Assembly: GCA_050084985.1 (NCBI GenBank)
Contig: JBITNC010000001.1
Coordinates: 202,182,001-202,246,000, forward strand
From: Nageia nagi
Lineage: Eukaryota; Plantae; Pinophyta
Reading direction: 5' to 3'
DNA: 64,000 bases
Shown here: positions 25,771 to 40,289 of the stretch, piece after piece
How positions within the stretch are numbered: the stretch's first letter is position 1
Layout: every line of letters begins with the position of its first letter
Translations under genes and position numbers: made by a program
The notes under the pieces: model-generated
The model's database searches: none
The model's input: only the letters and a program-made list of their open reading frames with translations
Told to the model about the DNA's origin: nothing

Positions 25771-28140
25771 ATACTTATGTAAAGTACCCCAAATTTCACT
25801 CTAAATTTTTCCTTTTCATACATAAAGAAGCATATAAATCATAGAAAATGCATATTAATAGTTGTTGCAGTCAACCTACATATGCAAAGCAACAAAATAT
25901 TGCAAATATACTCCAGTAATACTTAATGAAAGTTACTCATGAACTTTACCCTTCATCATTTTCCGTTAACGATGCTTAATAGGGTATCCTTTTCATTTTT
26001 CACCAATGACTTCATCATGGGTCTTTTAGTCCTTCCTAAATCTATTATAGGTCCATGGATGATCATGCTTGATATATTGGTCTCCCTATGTAATATAGGA
26101 TTCTCAACCCTATTCTCCATGGATTGAGCAATGATTTATGTAATGCTTCTCCTATTCGTGACCATCTTGGGTGTAACTTTTCCCCTTGTCCTTAGGAGTA
26201 TTAGATTCTTATTATGCATAATTATTTTAGAGGAGAATATTTGGTTGGTCAAGTTATATTTCAAAGTGAATCATCCTTAAATCTTTTGATAGAGACTTGT
26301 TGAAAAAATTTCCATTTAGTTCTTATACCTTGCCTTTCTATAGATGATAAGGTTTAATGCAACAAACCTAATTCTTCCTAAGTTTTTCTTCCAAGGAGAG
26401 AATTCATTATTTCAAGGGTTATGGTTTGGTGATTATAGCTTTTATTGAAGGAGTTATTTCTCACTCTTGTTTTATGCATTCTAAATTGATTATTGAAATG
26501 TATGTATATATATAATGTAGATTGAAGATTGATTTCATTTATATCATGTTGCATCTCTATTGTGCAAATTTTCATATGCCAAATATTAGTAGCATATTGG
26601 ATGAATATGTATCTTCTTTTAATAACATCGTAAAAGAATACATCAACTACAATATTTCAACAATCCATTAATTTATTTACTATAAGCATATTATTTATGC
26701 AACTATCATTTGCTTATAAGAAAGCATTTTTTTCATATAGTATTCAAACTATCTGCATACAATTTTTTCACATTTGTTCACTAGTCACACGAGTAGTATC
26801 TTACATCAATGTTTTAATATAAAATGATACATTTGAATAGATCATCACATACATTAAAATAAATGCTCATATTTTCCATGGTACTCATTCATAATTAGTC
26901 ACACACATTATAGTTTCATATATTCATTTTGAATAGATATGTAATTTGTCTCTTCCATCTATTGTTTCTTTTCAATAATAATCATTCATTTAGCTTCCTA
27001 AAAAAGAACATATTTATCTTAATCATTGTATCAACATTAACAATTTATAACAAAATATCAAAGCCAATTGATTTAGAATTCATTCAATAACACTTAGACT
27101 GAAATACACATCACTATTTCCATTTCATATGTTACTTATACATTCATTAAAGTGTTTTCAAACATAATTTTTTTTTTCAATCAATAGTACTTAAACATTG
27201 GCTCCATTTTTGAAAATAGTTCTCAAAATGACTCATATTGATACTATAAATCATTAGGTCAAGATAATAGTTTCATCTATTAATTGTAGGTAACAATCCC
27301 TTTTTGAAAAAACTAACAAGTAGTTCAAATAGGTGAAATCCATAGTGGCATGAAGGGGCATCTCAAAAACTTTATTAACATAGGTATAAGATATAATTTC
27401 TCTCTATAGAAGGACCCTCTACTAAATTAGTATATTATTCTTGAAGGATACTTATCCATGGAAATAAAAATCCTATACACAAAAAATTATATAAGATAAA
27501 GCTTATATAGTTAACATTGTATAAGAAATAAGGTAGAAATAAACTTATAGGATTGGATTTAGGATCGAGAAAAGCCCACCTCTAGGATAACCCAATTGCC
27601 TTGCAACCATGGGATATTGTGTTGATATCATTATTTCTCCTCTATATCCTTACGAGTAAGCAAGCAAGAAAACCCTTTATATGTCTTGACCAAAATGTAA
27701 TATAAATTATGCCTATAAGTACATTGACCCATGCAACCATGTTACCTACTCACATACCATGCATTTCATTTCACACTCATACACTCAATAAAAATATGGA
27801 ATTAACATGTACTATGGAAAAAGTTTCACAACTTTGCAAGCTTCATGATTGTGCTCAAATATTTTTCATAAAATATGATCTAGCAAATTTTTGTTTATAA
27901 ATGCAGGTATGAGCATAAGCCTATTGATCCAAAGATTAGGTTTTATTAAGTATATTCTTTGTATCTAGTATTATTTTGTATTTTCTAACTTTTCTATGAG
28001 TTACTAGATATGTTTTAAGCATTGCCATGAGTTGTCATATGTTACAGGGTACTTTGTTCTCTTTTCTATGAGATGGAACTTTATCCCTGGTGTCATGTGT
28101 TGCCATGATCTAAGAGATGCATTGCTACATTTTGAGAGTT

Positions 28141-28520
28141 TTATTATTGACATCATCATCTTCATGACATAGCGTTAAGCTTATTGAAGTGTGACACACT
28201 AATTATTAATATAACCAACTTTGTAGTGCAACATTTGGTTTTTTAGAGCATGGTACACTTATTGATGATATCATCCTCTTCATAATTCAATGTTAGGCTT
28301 GTTGAAGTGCAATACACTCATTATTGATATCAACAACTTCATGGTACAATGTGTAATATTTAAGTGTAATTTATGGAGTGCAACATATTGGGTGATTATG
28401 TTATCACATCACAACTTCATTATTTTGACCTAACCTTGCAAAGCACAAAATGACATCATTATTTTGACATAACCTTACAAATCATGATGCAACATCATTT
28501 TTTGATCCCACCTTGTTGAG
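28141..28520. repeat. Degenerate minisatellites (~59-bp units then ~39-bp units)
   Basis: TTATT(A)TTGA.ATCA.C..CTTCAT-like starts at ~28141, 28202, 28259 and 28320; CATTATTTTGAC.TAACCTT at ~28418 and 28457, with a decayed copy at ~28496. Confidence 0.6.
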
Positions 28521-30921
28521 GGGTATCAATTGATTTTAGATGTTGTAAACATAGGATTTTTAATAATTCAACACCTTCATTATTATGGCATATAAACCCA
28601 AATAAAATTGTCCTAGTAGATGTTAATAATATGTCCATTAAACAATATAACCTTACAAGTTACCATTTATACATATAGTTCCTAGGCTTGGAGAGAAAAT
28701 TGCAAATTGTAAAACATACCTTAGCAATTTTCTAACTATATTATATTCTATAGGTTGTTATAAACCCATCTGTTTCTTGTTACAAATCCACAATATCAAA
28801 TGTTGAAGGAAATATACATAGAGTTCTTTTGTACTTGAGGTAATAGATAGGTATTATAGTTTTAGCCAACCAATTTCTAAACTTGAAATAAAAAGTTACT
28901 AATTCTTAAATTTTATCCTATGTGTTCAAAACTTAGAGTATTCCTAGTTTTTAATTTGCATACATAAAATTTATCTGATGTTACAAGTACCTTTCTATCC
29001 CATTTATTTCATAGATAAATTAATTGAAATAGAATCACACCCTATACACACTACATATTTCATCATCATATTGCAAGCAAAGAATTTAGCAAAAATTGGT
29101 ATAGTCTATTTTCCCCAATTGTTATAGTGTCATGTTAGATATTTGCAAATATGAATAATATTATAATTTTTGAATTACATTCACAAACGATAGACAATAG
29201 AGAGAAAAACATAGATCCAATGTTGTGTTAATAATAGTAGAACTAGACTAGCCTATTATTCATTCCCTTTCTTTTATATAGAAAATACTAACTTATTAAT
29301 GGAGTAAAATCAAACACTCTAAGTCCCATACAACTTTGATATCTTCATTCCTCTCATCCCACCATCTAAACACAGATGCAAGTCTCTATTTATAACATTA
29401 TTAACCAATCCTTGGATGCCACTGAAGGACTACATGTTATCAAACATAGAAATATTTCCTTCCATGCAAATGATGAGGGAACCCATACTTCTAATAAGCT
29501 CGTTGTCCTTCTTGAACAAAGGTGCAAAATATTTAATGATATAATCCCCATGATGAGGGTTTATGATAGTATTAGCTATGGTTTTCCTAGATCTAGAGGC
29601 CACAATCCTTCATGATGACGTGTACTTAGCTCTAGATAACCTTTCCATGGTGTCCAAGGACTCACAAAATTTTCCATCATTGCTAAGTGAGGGATTATAA
29701 CCAAAAATAGACCATGAAATTCCACCAAGGGTTTCCTTGCAATGAAGTTCTCAATATCTAAGATAAAAATTGAGAATATTCCAACATGCATGGTGGAGAT
29801 TGAGGTCCTCATATCTAGTGGCTAAGGATTGATCACTTTAAGCCCTTCATGTGATCCTTCATGAATTAAAAGAGAGATAAATTATCCACATGAAATCCCC
29901 TCTATCTAATGGTGGCCATGATGTCTACAATTACTACACATTTAGACCCTTAGCATTGTCCCTTGTCTCTAATTAGCATGGTATATGTTACGTCTAGGTA
30001 ATGGTGGGAAAATAGTATTCAAAGGGGGTGGTAATTTAAGTTAGTTTATTTAATATATTCCAATATTATCACCTAGGAGGATTAGGTTTTGTACTTATTT
30101 TAGCTATTTTACTTGGGGTTTTAATTAATATTTAGCTTATCTTAGAGCTTAGCTCTTTAGGTTTTAAGGTTTTTAGGAAATACAAAGCCTTAGGCCTTTG
30201 TAAATTTTGATTTTGATTTTTCCTATATTTCACTAGTATTCATCTTTATTTGTAGGTTGGATATCCATTCTTTTGACATAAGTGGACCATAACAGGATTT
30301 TGACTTATTCTCTTATGTAATTAGAGTTTCATGCATGCTCATGATATTTCATTGTCCTCATAAGACTTCTTGTGATATTATTATTTTTTCAAGAACTATC
30401 TTCTATCTCTTATTACTATGCAAGTATGATAAAACTTGGTGCAATTTGCTAATGATATCATATGCAATTTCATGATGTTATTGATTTAAATCATGAGATG
30501 ATATGAATAAAATGATCTTTTTCACATTTGTAGGCAGTTTTTCAAAAGATATGCAAAAATGAATATTCAACAACATATGTTATGTAATCATGCTAAAAAA
30601 CATATGAAAAATAATGTAGGAGTGGGATAGATATAATATACCAACAATTTTTCTGTATTTATGCAAACCTTATATTTTAATGCCACACAAATATGACTCA
30701 TGAATGCTTTCTAGTGTATCCTTGCAAGATAACTAAACATCAACAATACCAACATTATTTAATAATACATTCAAGTGTTATATGTATATATCAGATAACA
30801 AGTCACAAAATATGGAATGAAAAATCAACCATGAAGAAAATATATTTATAATACTAAACATGCACATAAAGTATTAAGAAGTCATAATATGTTTAGTACT
30901 ATTATCTTGTGGGTTATGACA

Positions 30922-31116
30922 TACTCCCCCATTAAGATTAATACAATCATGTGTATTTGCTTAAATTTTCTTAACTAAATAAATATGGAAAATTTTCTTT
31001 CATAAGTTATAAATATTTCCAAGTGGATTTTTTTTTATCAAAGTACATATCCCATTATACCTTATGCTATTCTATAACCTCTTTTGAAGCCTTTTATTAC
31101 AAGTTTCAAAAAATAT
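30922..31116 (-). pseudogene. Chromodomain end and PPT of chromovirus B (continues at 48967); its 3' LTR starts at 30921 running leftwards
   Basis: Minus-strand ...STWKYL*LMKENFPYLF matches the chromodomain tail ATWE...M...YPxLF, followed by ATGGGGGAGTA-TGTCATAACCC. Confidence 0.7.
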
Positions 31117-33002
31117 TGTAATGCATCCTCCTATTCTTGACATCAAAAACCCTAAAATTTTAGATGTAATATTTTTTTTATTAGTTTATACACTCAAATG
31201 ATCTAAGAATGGATCTAGGCAATCCACATGACATTGTCAATGCTACTAGCTAGTCAACACCCACATGACAAGATTGGGTAAACCTAGATTATCCAACCTT
31301 GAATAAATATCTTTTGGTGTTTACTCCATAACACTCATCCAATTGAGGAGACACCTCATATATGACCCCACCATTTGAACTTAATAAACTATGCAATAGA
31401 TATTTTGGACATGGTATAGTGGTTTCCTACTCAGGGCCCATATCACCCAAAAGAATGCACATCCACTAGGTTACACATCCTCACCTGATGTTAACCCTCT
31501 GACTCATAGGAGAAGATAGTTTATCCTAGAAAAACTTCTTTATGAGTAGAAAAATATCATCTGTAATAATCATCATACTTCTATGTACTTAACTACAAGT
31601 AGTATGAATACTAAATTACCTTCACCCAATAACCATAGTTTTGTCAACTACTATCCTCATCTAACACCTTGTCGAGGATATGAGACACTAGCCTACCCAT
31701 ATCTATCATCTAGGATCACCATGGGATCAAACATCCTTGTACCCATATCTTGGGGAACCATGAGTATTGAAGCAATACCTAAGACCTAACAATCTTAGGA
31801 CAAATGATCCCAAATCAATTAATAGGAATCTAAGTTCCATGTTCATATCATGCATGAGGTATTAAAACAAATCATATTTCATGTTTAAAATCAATAAACA
31901 AAGCATATGTAGGAAGACTCAAAACAAGCTTGCTTAGGAAGTCATGCAAAATATATGAAAGTACTACAAATATCCCATACACATGGTACTACATAATTAA
32001 TACTACTTTATAAAAGTTCTCATACTAGTGTTTAATAACGTGCCTTGAGATGTCACTAAAATCAATTAATTTTATAAAGGAAGTGCAATGCAAAGTGGTC
32101 CTTACTAAAGGTATATTCTTTTGGATTATCATTTTAAGAGGAAGGTTCCACCAATGAATATTCCATGCCATCTTCATCATCAAATCCATCCAAAAGTTCC
32201 CTTTTTGGTCGAATTGATTCTTTTAGGATTTATTTTTCATCTAAGTTATTTTTGAGTTTATCTCTCCCTTCTATCATTACTCACATATTACACTATCAAA
32301 TCTATTACGTATTTATGGATCATTATTAGGGTTTACCATTAAACTCAAGTCTCTAAATTTTTTTCGATGAATCTTAGGAGCATTATGATTGTGAATGATA
32401 ATTTAACACTCTAATTAATCCCATTTTATTCTATTTTAATCCCTTTATATTATTTACAACTTATTAGTAAGGTGTAAAATTAAAATTCTTCACCTAATTG
32501 AGTTTAGGATTATGTTTATGAGTTTTAATTACCAAAATAGTTAAACTTCTAACTATGATACCAAATTACATTCAATCATAAGAATAATATAAATCCTTAG
32601 AGTTCAATTTTATTTTAGTTTATCCCCTTCTAGTTAGTATTACTAAAACATTCTTTTTGTATTCCAATTCTTGTTTAGATAATGTGGGTCTTTATACCAT
32701 ATTAGAGTAATGGGATCTACACTCATGAAAGAGAGAAAATGATAATTCTCCAATTAGATATCACATTCTATCTATATTTTCATTTTATGTAGCAATACTA
32801 GGGTTAACTCATTAAATTCCTAAGTATAATTTCATTTGATATAAATAAAGATATTATTTATAACCCTTGAATCCATATTACTTCATATTTTTCATTAACT
32901 ACCTTCATATGGAATTATCTTTGGAATTCCTACTCTATAATTTAAGAGGTTTTATAAGAAGATACACTCATTTAAGTAATCCTTAAAGTATTTCAAAAAT
33001 TT

Positions 33003-36000
33003 TGTCACGATCCACCTCAAGACATTATTTGACCTTGAATATCATTGAGGATTTGAATGGATTATGTTTGAATAATGCTATGGTAATGATAAGTTTGATA
33101 AGAGAATATGTATAATTTGTGACAACTTGATTTTGGCTTTAATATGTTTTGACATAGGTCACCTTGAGATGGAAAGCAATCCAAAGACCCTAAGGACCAA
33201 AGGTGAATTGGTGATAGGAACAGAATAGTAAGAGGAGAAAATGATTAGCATTTAATTGTTGACACACCCTATAACCATTATAAATCATGTAATTGCATGT
33301 AGAATAATTGCTATGACTATCAATTTCTTAATGAAATTATGTTTAAAAAAATGTGTGGATTAATCTTGCTTTGCAAGATGAGGCAAGTGTCATAGGTAAA
33401 GTTATGTTTCCCTTATTTTTTATTTTTGAAATTTGAATTTGAAATGGAAAGAAAAAAAAATATACCTTTTTTAAATTTGAAAATTTATAAAAATAAATTT
33501 TATAAGGTAAAATTTGATATGAGTGCCCATATTATTGCCACATAAGACTAATAGTAAAAATGCTATTAGAAAAATACTAAGGTCTCCTTGTGGTATTACA
33601 AGATATTTAATAGGTAGAAAAATAATGGAGTAATGACCCTACTTAGTTTTGTTTTCTTATGTTAGATGTGGATAATAGTTGGTATTAATTTGTCAGTTAA
33701 TAAGAAGGCTTGTAAGGTATTTAATACCATTTCAATCATCAACAAGTTTAAGCAAACCTACCTCAAAAATTATTAAAGGTGTGAGGAGATGTCCATTTGG
33801 ACACACTTGAACCATTTTAGCTATAAATAAAAGAGTGCAACTTTAAAAAAATACTTATATATCTATCTTTTATTATTTCATTCTTATTATTCTCAAGCTT
33901 GGTGCAAAGTTATGTTAAAAAAAGAAGTCTCTCTTTCCTCTTCAAGTCAAGGTGCATTCTTTTATATATTTTTTTTACCTAATTAAGATAGTCTTATTTG
34001 AGATATTTAATATGATGTATATCATAATGTTTGGTAAAGCTTCATAGAATTAATTGTTGTTAGAAGTGTTGAACCATTTGAAAAACTATAGTGATTATTT
34101 TATTTAAAAGTTGTTACCATGTCTTTTTATTTAAAAAGTAAATAAGTGGGATTTTCTTTTGTTATTCTTTTTTTTATTCAGATATAAGAGTGGAAAATTT
34201 CACGTACAAATTGTATTATTTATTTTATGATATTTTAAAAAGACTAGTCAAATATTTCCCCTTATGCCTTTAGCTAGAGTATAATGAATTTATTTTGATA
34301 TGAATTCATTTAAATTCTTACTATGATGTTTACCATAATATTTGATAAAGTTTCATAGAATTAATTGTTGTTAAAAATGTTGTACCATTTGAAGAGATAG
34401 TAGTTATTTTATTTAAAAGTTGGTACCATATCTTTTTTTTTTAAAAAGTAAAGGAGTGCAATTTTATTTTGTTATATCCCCTTTATTTAGATGTAGAGGT
34501 AGAAAATTTCATGTACAAATTGTAGTATGTATTTTATGATATTTTAAGAAGACTAGTCAAATATTTATCATTATATCTTTAGCTAGAGTTTAATGAATTT
34601 ATTTTGACATGAATTTTATTAAATTCTTAATATGATATTATCATAATGTTTGATAAAGTTACATAGAATTAATTGTTGTTAGAAGTGTTGTACCATTTGA
34701 AAAGACATAGTGGTTATTTTATTTAAAAGTTGGTATCATATCTTTTTCTTTAAAAAGTAAAGGAATGGAATTTACTTTTGTTATTATTCCTTTATTTAGA
34801 TGTAGGGTTGGAAAATTTCATGTACAAATTATATTATGATATTTTAAGAAGACTAGTAAATATTTCTCTTTATGCCTTTAGCTAGAGTTTAATGAATTTA
34901 TTTTGATATGAAATTTATTAAAATTTTAATATAATGTTTATCATCTTAATAAAGAAATATTATCAAATTCATGTGAAAGTAGAGAAAGATGAATTAATAA
35001 AAATATGTTTTCTTGTTATTATCTAAGTTTGTCAATTAAACTAATTAGTATCTAATGAGGTGATAAGTTATGTTTAATATTTGTAATAAGTAATTCAAAA
35101 ACTCTTTAGAATCTTGTATTAAATAAACTATGGTTTTGAGATTATGATATTGGTATAATATTTAGTAAAATAATTCATATGGTACCAATTACGTAAATTA
35201 ATTATTAAGGTATCCAAGACCTTATTATTATTTGAGATGGATTAATTATAGGGTAAATAAATAATAGATTAATGTATATTGACCAAAAAAATGAGATAAT
35301 TTCTCCTAAGGTTTATATTTAAATTCATTTGCATAATAGTTAAATTTTAAAAGGGTTGTCCTAATCTTTCTTCCTCCTAGTACTTGATCCACCTACCAAA
35401 CTCTACGGGAATATTCGATGCTCATTGCATGAAAATTGATGGAGATGTTCAACAATTGATACAACAATCAAAACTATATGATATGAACAAATTTGAATTG
35501 CAAATTCATTGAATATGAAATAGTATGATTTTTCAAAAAGATCCTATTAGTGATTAAATGGGTTGTATTATATTTGAATTACCTTTATATAATGCATGAT
35601 TTCTATTTGTAATAAATTATGAAAGCTTCAAAGTTTATGGAGGTAAATGTCAATCATACATTTTATATATGGATTATATTAGGTATTAATTAATGAATCT
35701 TGTAGATTAATTTTTATTTATATAATTTTTAGAAAAATATTAGTATTATGATTTAATGATCTTTCTTTTAATTATGGTTACCAAATACTACAATTAGTAT
35801 TAATTATATGGATTACTAGGAGTAGAAATTACTATTTCTTTCATAAAAATGATTAATAAGTATTATAAATTGATAAAATAAATGATTTTAAAAAAACTTC
35901 TAAAGAAGTAGATTGATTAGAAAATAATTTTAATTTAGAATTAGGGTTCCAAAAGATAATTGACGAGCATTTGGGATATTTTAAGGACTCTTGGGATCAA

Positions 36001-37147
36001 ATTGGGTACAAATGGGACTCAATGGGATTAAATGGAATAATTTGAGATCCTTTGGGATGAATGCAAAAAAATAGCAAAGAACCTTCACCAAATTGACCTA
36101 TCTTAGTAAATGATAAATAAAAGAAATATTCCTTTCGTGAGGAACTCTCAACATCATATTACTTTTGTAGCAATAATGACTAGATCTTTCCTCATGACTT
36201 GCTACTTTATGTATGCAAGAGAATTTTTAAAAAGTAGACCCATATACATGATACAATGAGTATGGGCCAAATAGAATTAGGAAACTTTCTAAGCAAGCTT
36301 ATAACTAAAACTTTGAATGTAAAACTTATGGGCAAAGATGAATGGTATTAAACTCTAGGTCTATTTTATGTATGGTGTCTTTCACCCCCTTCACTATTTA
36401 AAAACATTAGTTTATGGTTACTAGGCCATGGGTGGTTCTTTTTTTTAACATATTTAATAATAAATTAGACTAAACAACCATTCAAAGATATTGTTTAATA
36501 TTCATGGCTCCCCAAGTTATGGGCATGGGGCTACCTGGCCACATGGTGAGCCTAACTGATAGTTATGGGTAGGCTAATGACTCATATCTTCTAACAAATG
36601 AGTCAAGTGGGGATCGTAGTCATAAAAACTACTATTACTAGGTGAGGGTAACTAATAGCTATACCATTTGTAATTAGTAGATAAAGGTATGATGATTATT
36701 TCATAAGTGATGCTACCTGCTCATATGAGAGTTTTTCTAGAAAAAACTATCTACTCCTATGAGATGAAGAGTTATCATCAATTGGTGATGCTAACTTAGT
36801 GGAAATGTAATCTCTCGAGTGGTATGGGCCCCAAGTAGAAAACCACTACACTATGACTAGAAAGCCTATTATACATGGGATGTGGAATAAGAATGGTACA
36901 ATTACTTTTGAGATATCTTCTCAATAGGATGAGTGTTGAGGAGTGAATACCATAAAAGTTTATTAAGGTTGGTTACCTTAGGTTCTTGACCAATCTTGCC
37001 ATGTGAGTGCTGAACTAGCTAGTAGCATTACCAAGCTCATATGGGATTTCTTGGTTCATTCCTAGAATATCAAGTGTTAAACCAAATTAAAAAAAATTAG
37101 GTTTGAATTTTAAGTTTTGGTTTATGGAAATAAGTTGATCAATTACA
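33003..37147 (+). mobile_element. Solo LTR (~4.1 kb) of a family related to element C, in inverted orientation
   Basis: Absent from C's 5' LTR; TGTCACGATC...GATCAATTACA termini. 33003-33260 is reverse-complement homologous to 48700-48966, and 36500-37147 to 31117-31770. TSD decayed (AATTT/AAGTG). Confidence 0.85.
34005..34945. repeat. Three tandem copies of a ~310-bp unit inside the solo LTR
   Basis: Units start at ~34011, 34323 and 34632; each contains CATAGAATTAATTGTTGTTA, TTTATTTAAAAGTTG and TTTAGCTAGAGT. Confidence 0.93.
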
Positions 37148-40100
37148 AAGTGTTCACTAAACTTGCTTTCCATAAAAGTATTTCATGATGATATTCAATT
37201 ATAAAAGGATCCCTTACAATTTTAAATATAACAAATACATCAAGTTGATCAAAAGGGTCTTCAACACATCTTATCTTTTGATGTAGATTATTCTTCAATT
37301 TTGGGCTTCTTTCCAAGGATTAAAGGATATTGGTTCGAGTACTAAGAATGGTTTAGAGTTTGAGGATTAGAACAATACCATTTTTATAGTTGAACATGAT
37401 GTAAATGATACTAACTACATTCATTTCATTCATTTATAACTCCTTTTATAGACCTTGGGAGGATTTATGTCCTCTAAAGGATTACCTCCTTTCCTTGATT
37501 GTATAGTAAAATTTCAAGATAAATCAATACATATGAATGTCATATTAAAATCCATAATTTTTATCTTAATTATACTTTCATTTTATTTTATTGATTCTAA
37601 AACATGCTAATGATATAACCTTAATAAGTTTTTATAATTTTCTATCTCCACATAAATAATAATATCCTAATAAAAAATGACTATCTCCATATAAATAATA
37701 TCCTAATCCTAAGATGATCTCATCTTACAATTATTCAATCATTCATTATCCTTAGTAATACATAATCTTTTCTTAAATAATTTAACTTAAGTATTTCATT
37801 AGTCCTTAGCTACCATTTCATTTAACCTTATTAAAACTTCTTCCTCTACAAGACAATAACTTTTTCATTATTTAAAAATTGATGAAATAAAATCTTTCCA
37901 TCATATGTAGAGTATAGAATATATATATAAACATTTAATTAAAAATATTCTAACTAGTTTTGTATGAGATAGCTTATTGAAATAAATTGTAGATGATGTA
38001 TGCAAATGCTTGGTTGACACTAAACATATTATGCTTCAAGGATCTTCCAAAAAAGGTTGGAGAATTTCAATGTTATATATGGTGTTTGCAAGCTTAGTGA
38101 GTTCCTTGTAGAAGTTTGGGAATGATGTCTTTATTGCCCAACATTTTTCTCTACTGGGAAACCAATACATTAATTCAATAAATCTTTAACACCTCTTCCC
38201 ATGACTAAACTACATGGAATCCATACAGAATACAACAATAGGGGTCTTATTTAAAGAGATGTTACATTGAACTCTAAGATATTCAATATATTAAAAAGCT
38301 ACTTATGAATGAAAATGTAGGCTGGGTGAGTTCATTTGGAGGTTTGGAAAAATAGAAATGATGACCTCCTTACTCTAATGTAACACAATAACTACATAAT
38401 CAATCTTATCAAAGCTTGGCATCCAAAGAACACAGCTAAAAAGTTTCACATGGTTTTCTCAAGAATAATTAAAAATTTAAAACCTAGAGAGGAAGGACAG
38501 TAATTCAACAATGGTTCAAGACATTGCCAAATCTCAAAGCAGGAGGACTTCCTAGTTCTATGTAGAGGAGAGATAGAGGCATCATTTATTTTATTATTAT
38601 TAGATCCTTAAAGGGAATAAATGAGCATTATGAATCATATTATTAGATTATATGACTTCTTGCATTTATACATGAAGTTATGTGGAAGACATCTTGGGAT
38701 TTTACCTCCCTTGAGTAGATTTGGAATGAAAACAAATTAAAGTTAAATGTGTTTCCCTTCGATTGTAGGTTTGACTACTTCATTACACACCATAGGGAGA
38801 GGAAAGAGCACTTTAAAATCTATTTACAACACTATCCTAGTGCACCTTCCAATGGTCTTTGTAATGGGCACTAAACTCACGTTGGGAGACCTGTAAGAGT
38901 GACATAAGTCTAAGGAAGGATTCAAACCCTTTGCTAGGCTAAAATTCCTATGAGAATACATGAGACAATAATGTTTATATCTAGTCTTATCAAATATATA
39001 AAATAATAAACATGCCATTGGAGTTTGTACTAGAATCCTTTCCATTAATAAATTTCAAATAGATAATATAATAAACTATACTCCTTTCAAAAGATAAAAA
39101 GTACCAACTATCACATGTAGTATGTCAAATAAAGCAATTAGTATGTCCTTTCAAATCAAATAAGGCCACTATCAATAATTAATTTCATAAACCTTTATCA
39201 AATAATCCTTCCATACAACATATTAAATAACACCAAGTAAGACTACTTATTTAACTAGGCATTTTAGCTTTAATGTCTAAAATGCAAAAGAATGCATCTC
39301 AAATTGAGAGAGGGAGAGGCTTCTCTTATTCACGTAACTCTAAAACATAAAGTTTGAGAATAAAAATAATGAGATAATAGTTACTTTTCCTAATGTTCCA
39401 CCCCCTTATTTATAGCCAAGAGGTTCAAATATGTCTAAATAATGTGTACTCATCCCTTTAATAATTTTTGTGGTAGGTCTTATTAAAGTTGTTGATAAGT
39501 GTAGTGGCATTAAATATTTTGGACTTTTTTTTTATTAACTAACAAATTAAGATCAATTATTTTCTATACCTAATACAAATAAACAAAATAAGTAGGGCCA
39601 TATTTCAATTATTTATATAAACCACCAAAATACCTTGCAACACCACAAAGTGGCATTAGTCCTTTCTAACTATCACTTTTTAAATTTCACCATATTTTAT
39701 TAACAACCATAAGTAAATATTTAAATTCAAAAGAAAAGAATATTCCTTTTCTTTATCAAAGTAGTTTCAAAAATATATTGTAAGGTTTTAAAACTCATTT
39801 TACATGTGATGATCCCTTTATCCTGCATGGTAAGTTCATTAGTACACACACACATCTATATATTCATTATCAAAATCAGTAATCTTGCTTTGTAATTATG
39901 CAATGAAAATATGTGATCTACTATGGTCATTAGTATTTTTTTAGTGAACCAATTCCAATCATTTTTTCACTCATATCCTTTTGTTCTTGTCACCAATTCA
40001 CCCTTGGTTCCTTGGGTCTTTTCCTACACTTTTCATCTCAATTTAACCTGTATCCTATGTCATAACATCTTGAAGCTAGTATCAAATTGATATAAATAAA

Positions 40101-40289
40101 GTATATCATTATTAAAAATTTATCATCACATAGCATAATTTAAACTTAATTTCATTTTAATCCTCGCTAATACTCAGGTATTAATAGTGAAATTGGTTAG
40201 GTCATTACATACTATCCTCTTTAAAAAGAACACAGTACCCTATGTTCTTTAGTACAATCATAATAGAATCATAAAGTTTTGATAATACT

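Larger units (their letters stand above)
31117..40209 (-). repeat. 3' LTR of element C, interrupted by a solo LTR (33003-37147) and containing ~1.08 kb absent from the 5' LTR
   Basis: Colinear blocks: 31117-33002 with 45055-~46985, 37148-37249 with ~46990-47113, and 38334-40209 with ~47114-48966. Confidence 0.9.

Noticed and set aside
28218-28232. TGTAGTG as the CACTA partner end (also at ~39500 and ~48257)
   Set aside because: No extended match to TTTTGGTGTAGTG, no AGT TSD, and the Ogre LTR does not resume afterwards; two of the three sites are inside element C's LTRs.
31583-31789. ORF conserved with 45522-45800
   Set aside because: Both are copies of the same LTR; the similarity reflects LTR duplication, not coding constraint.
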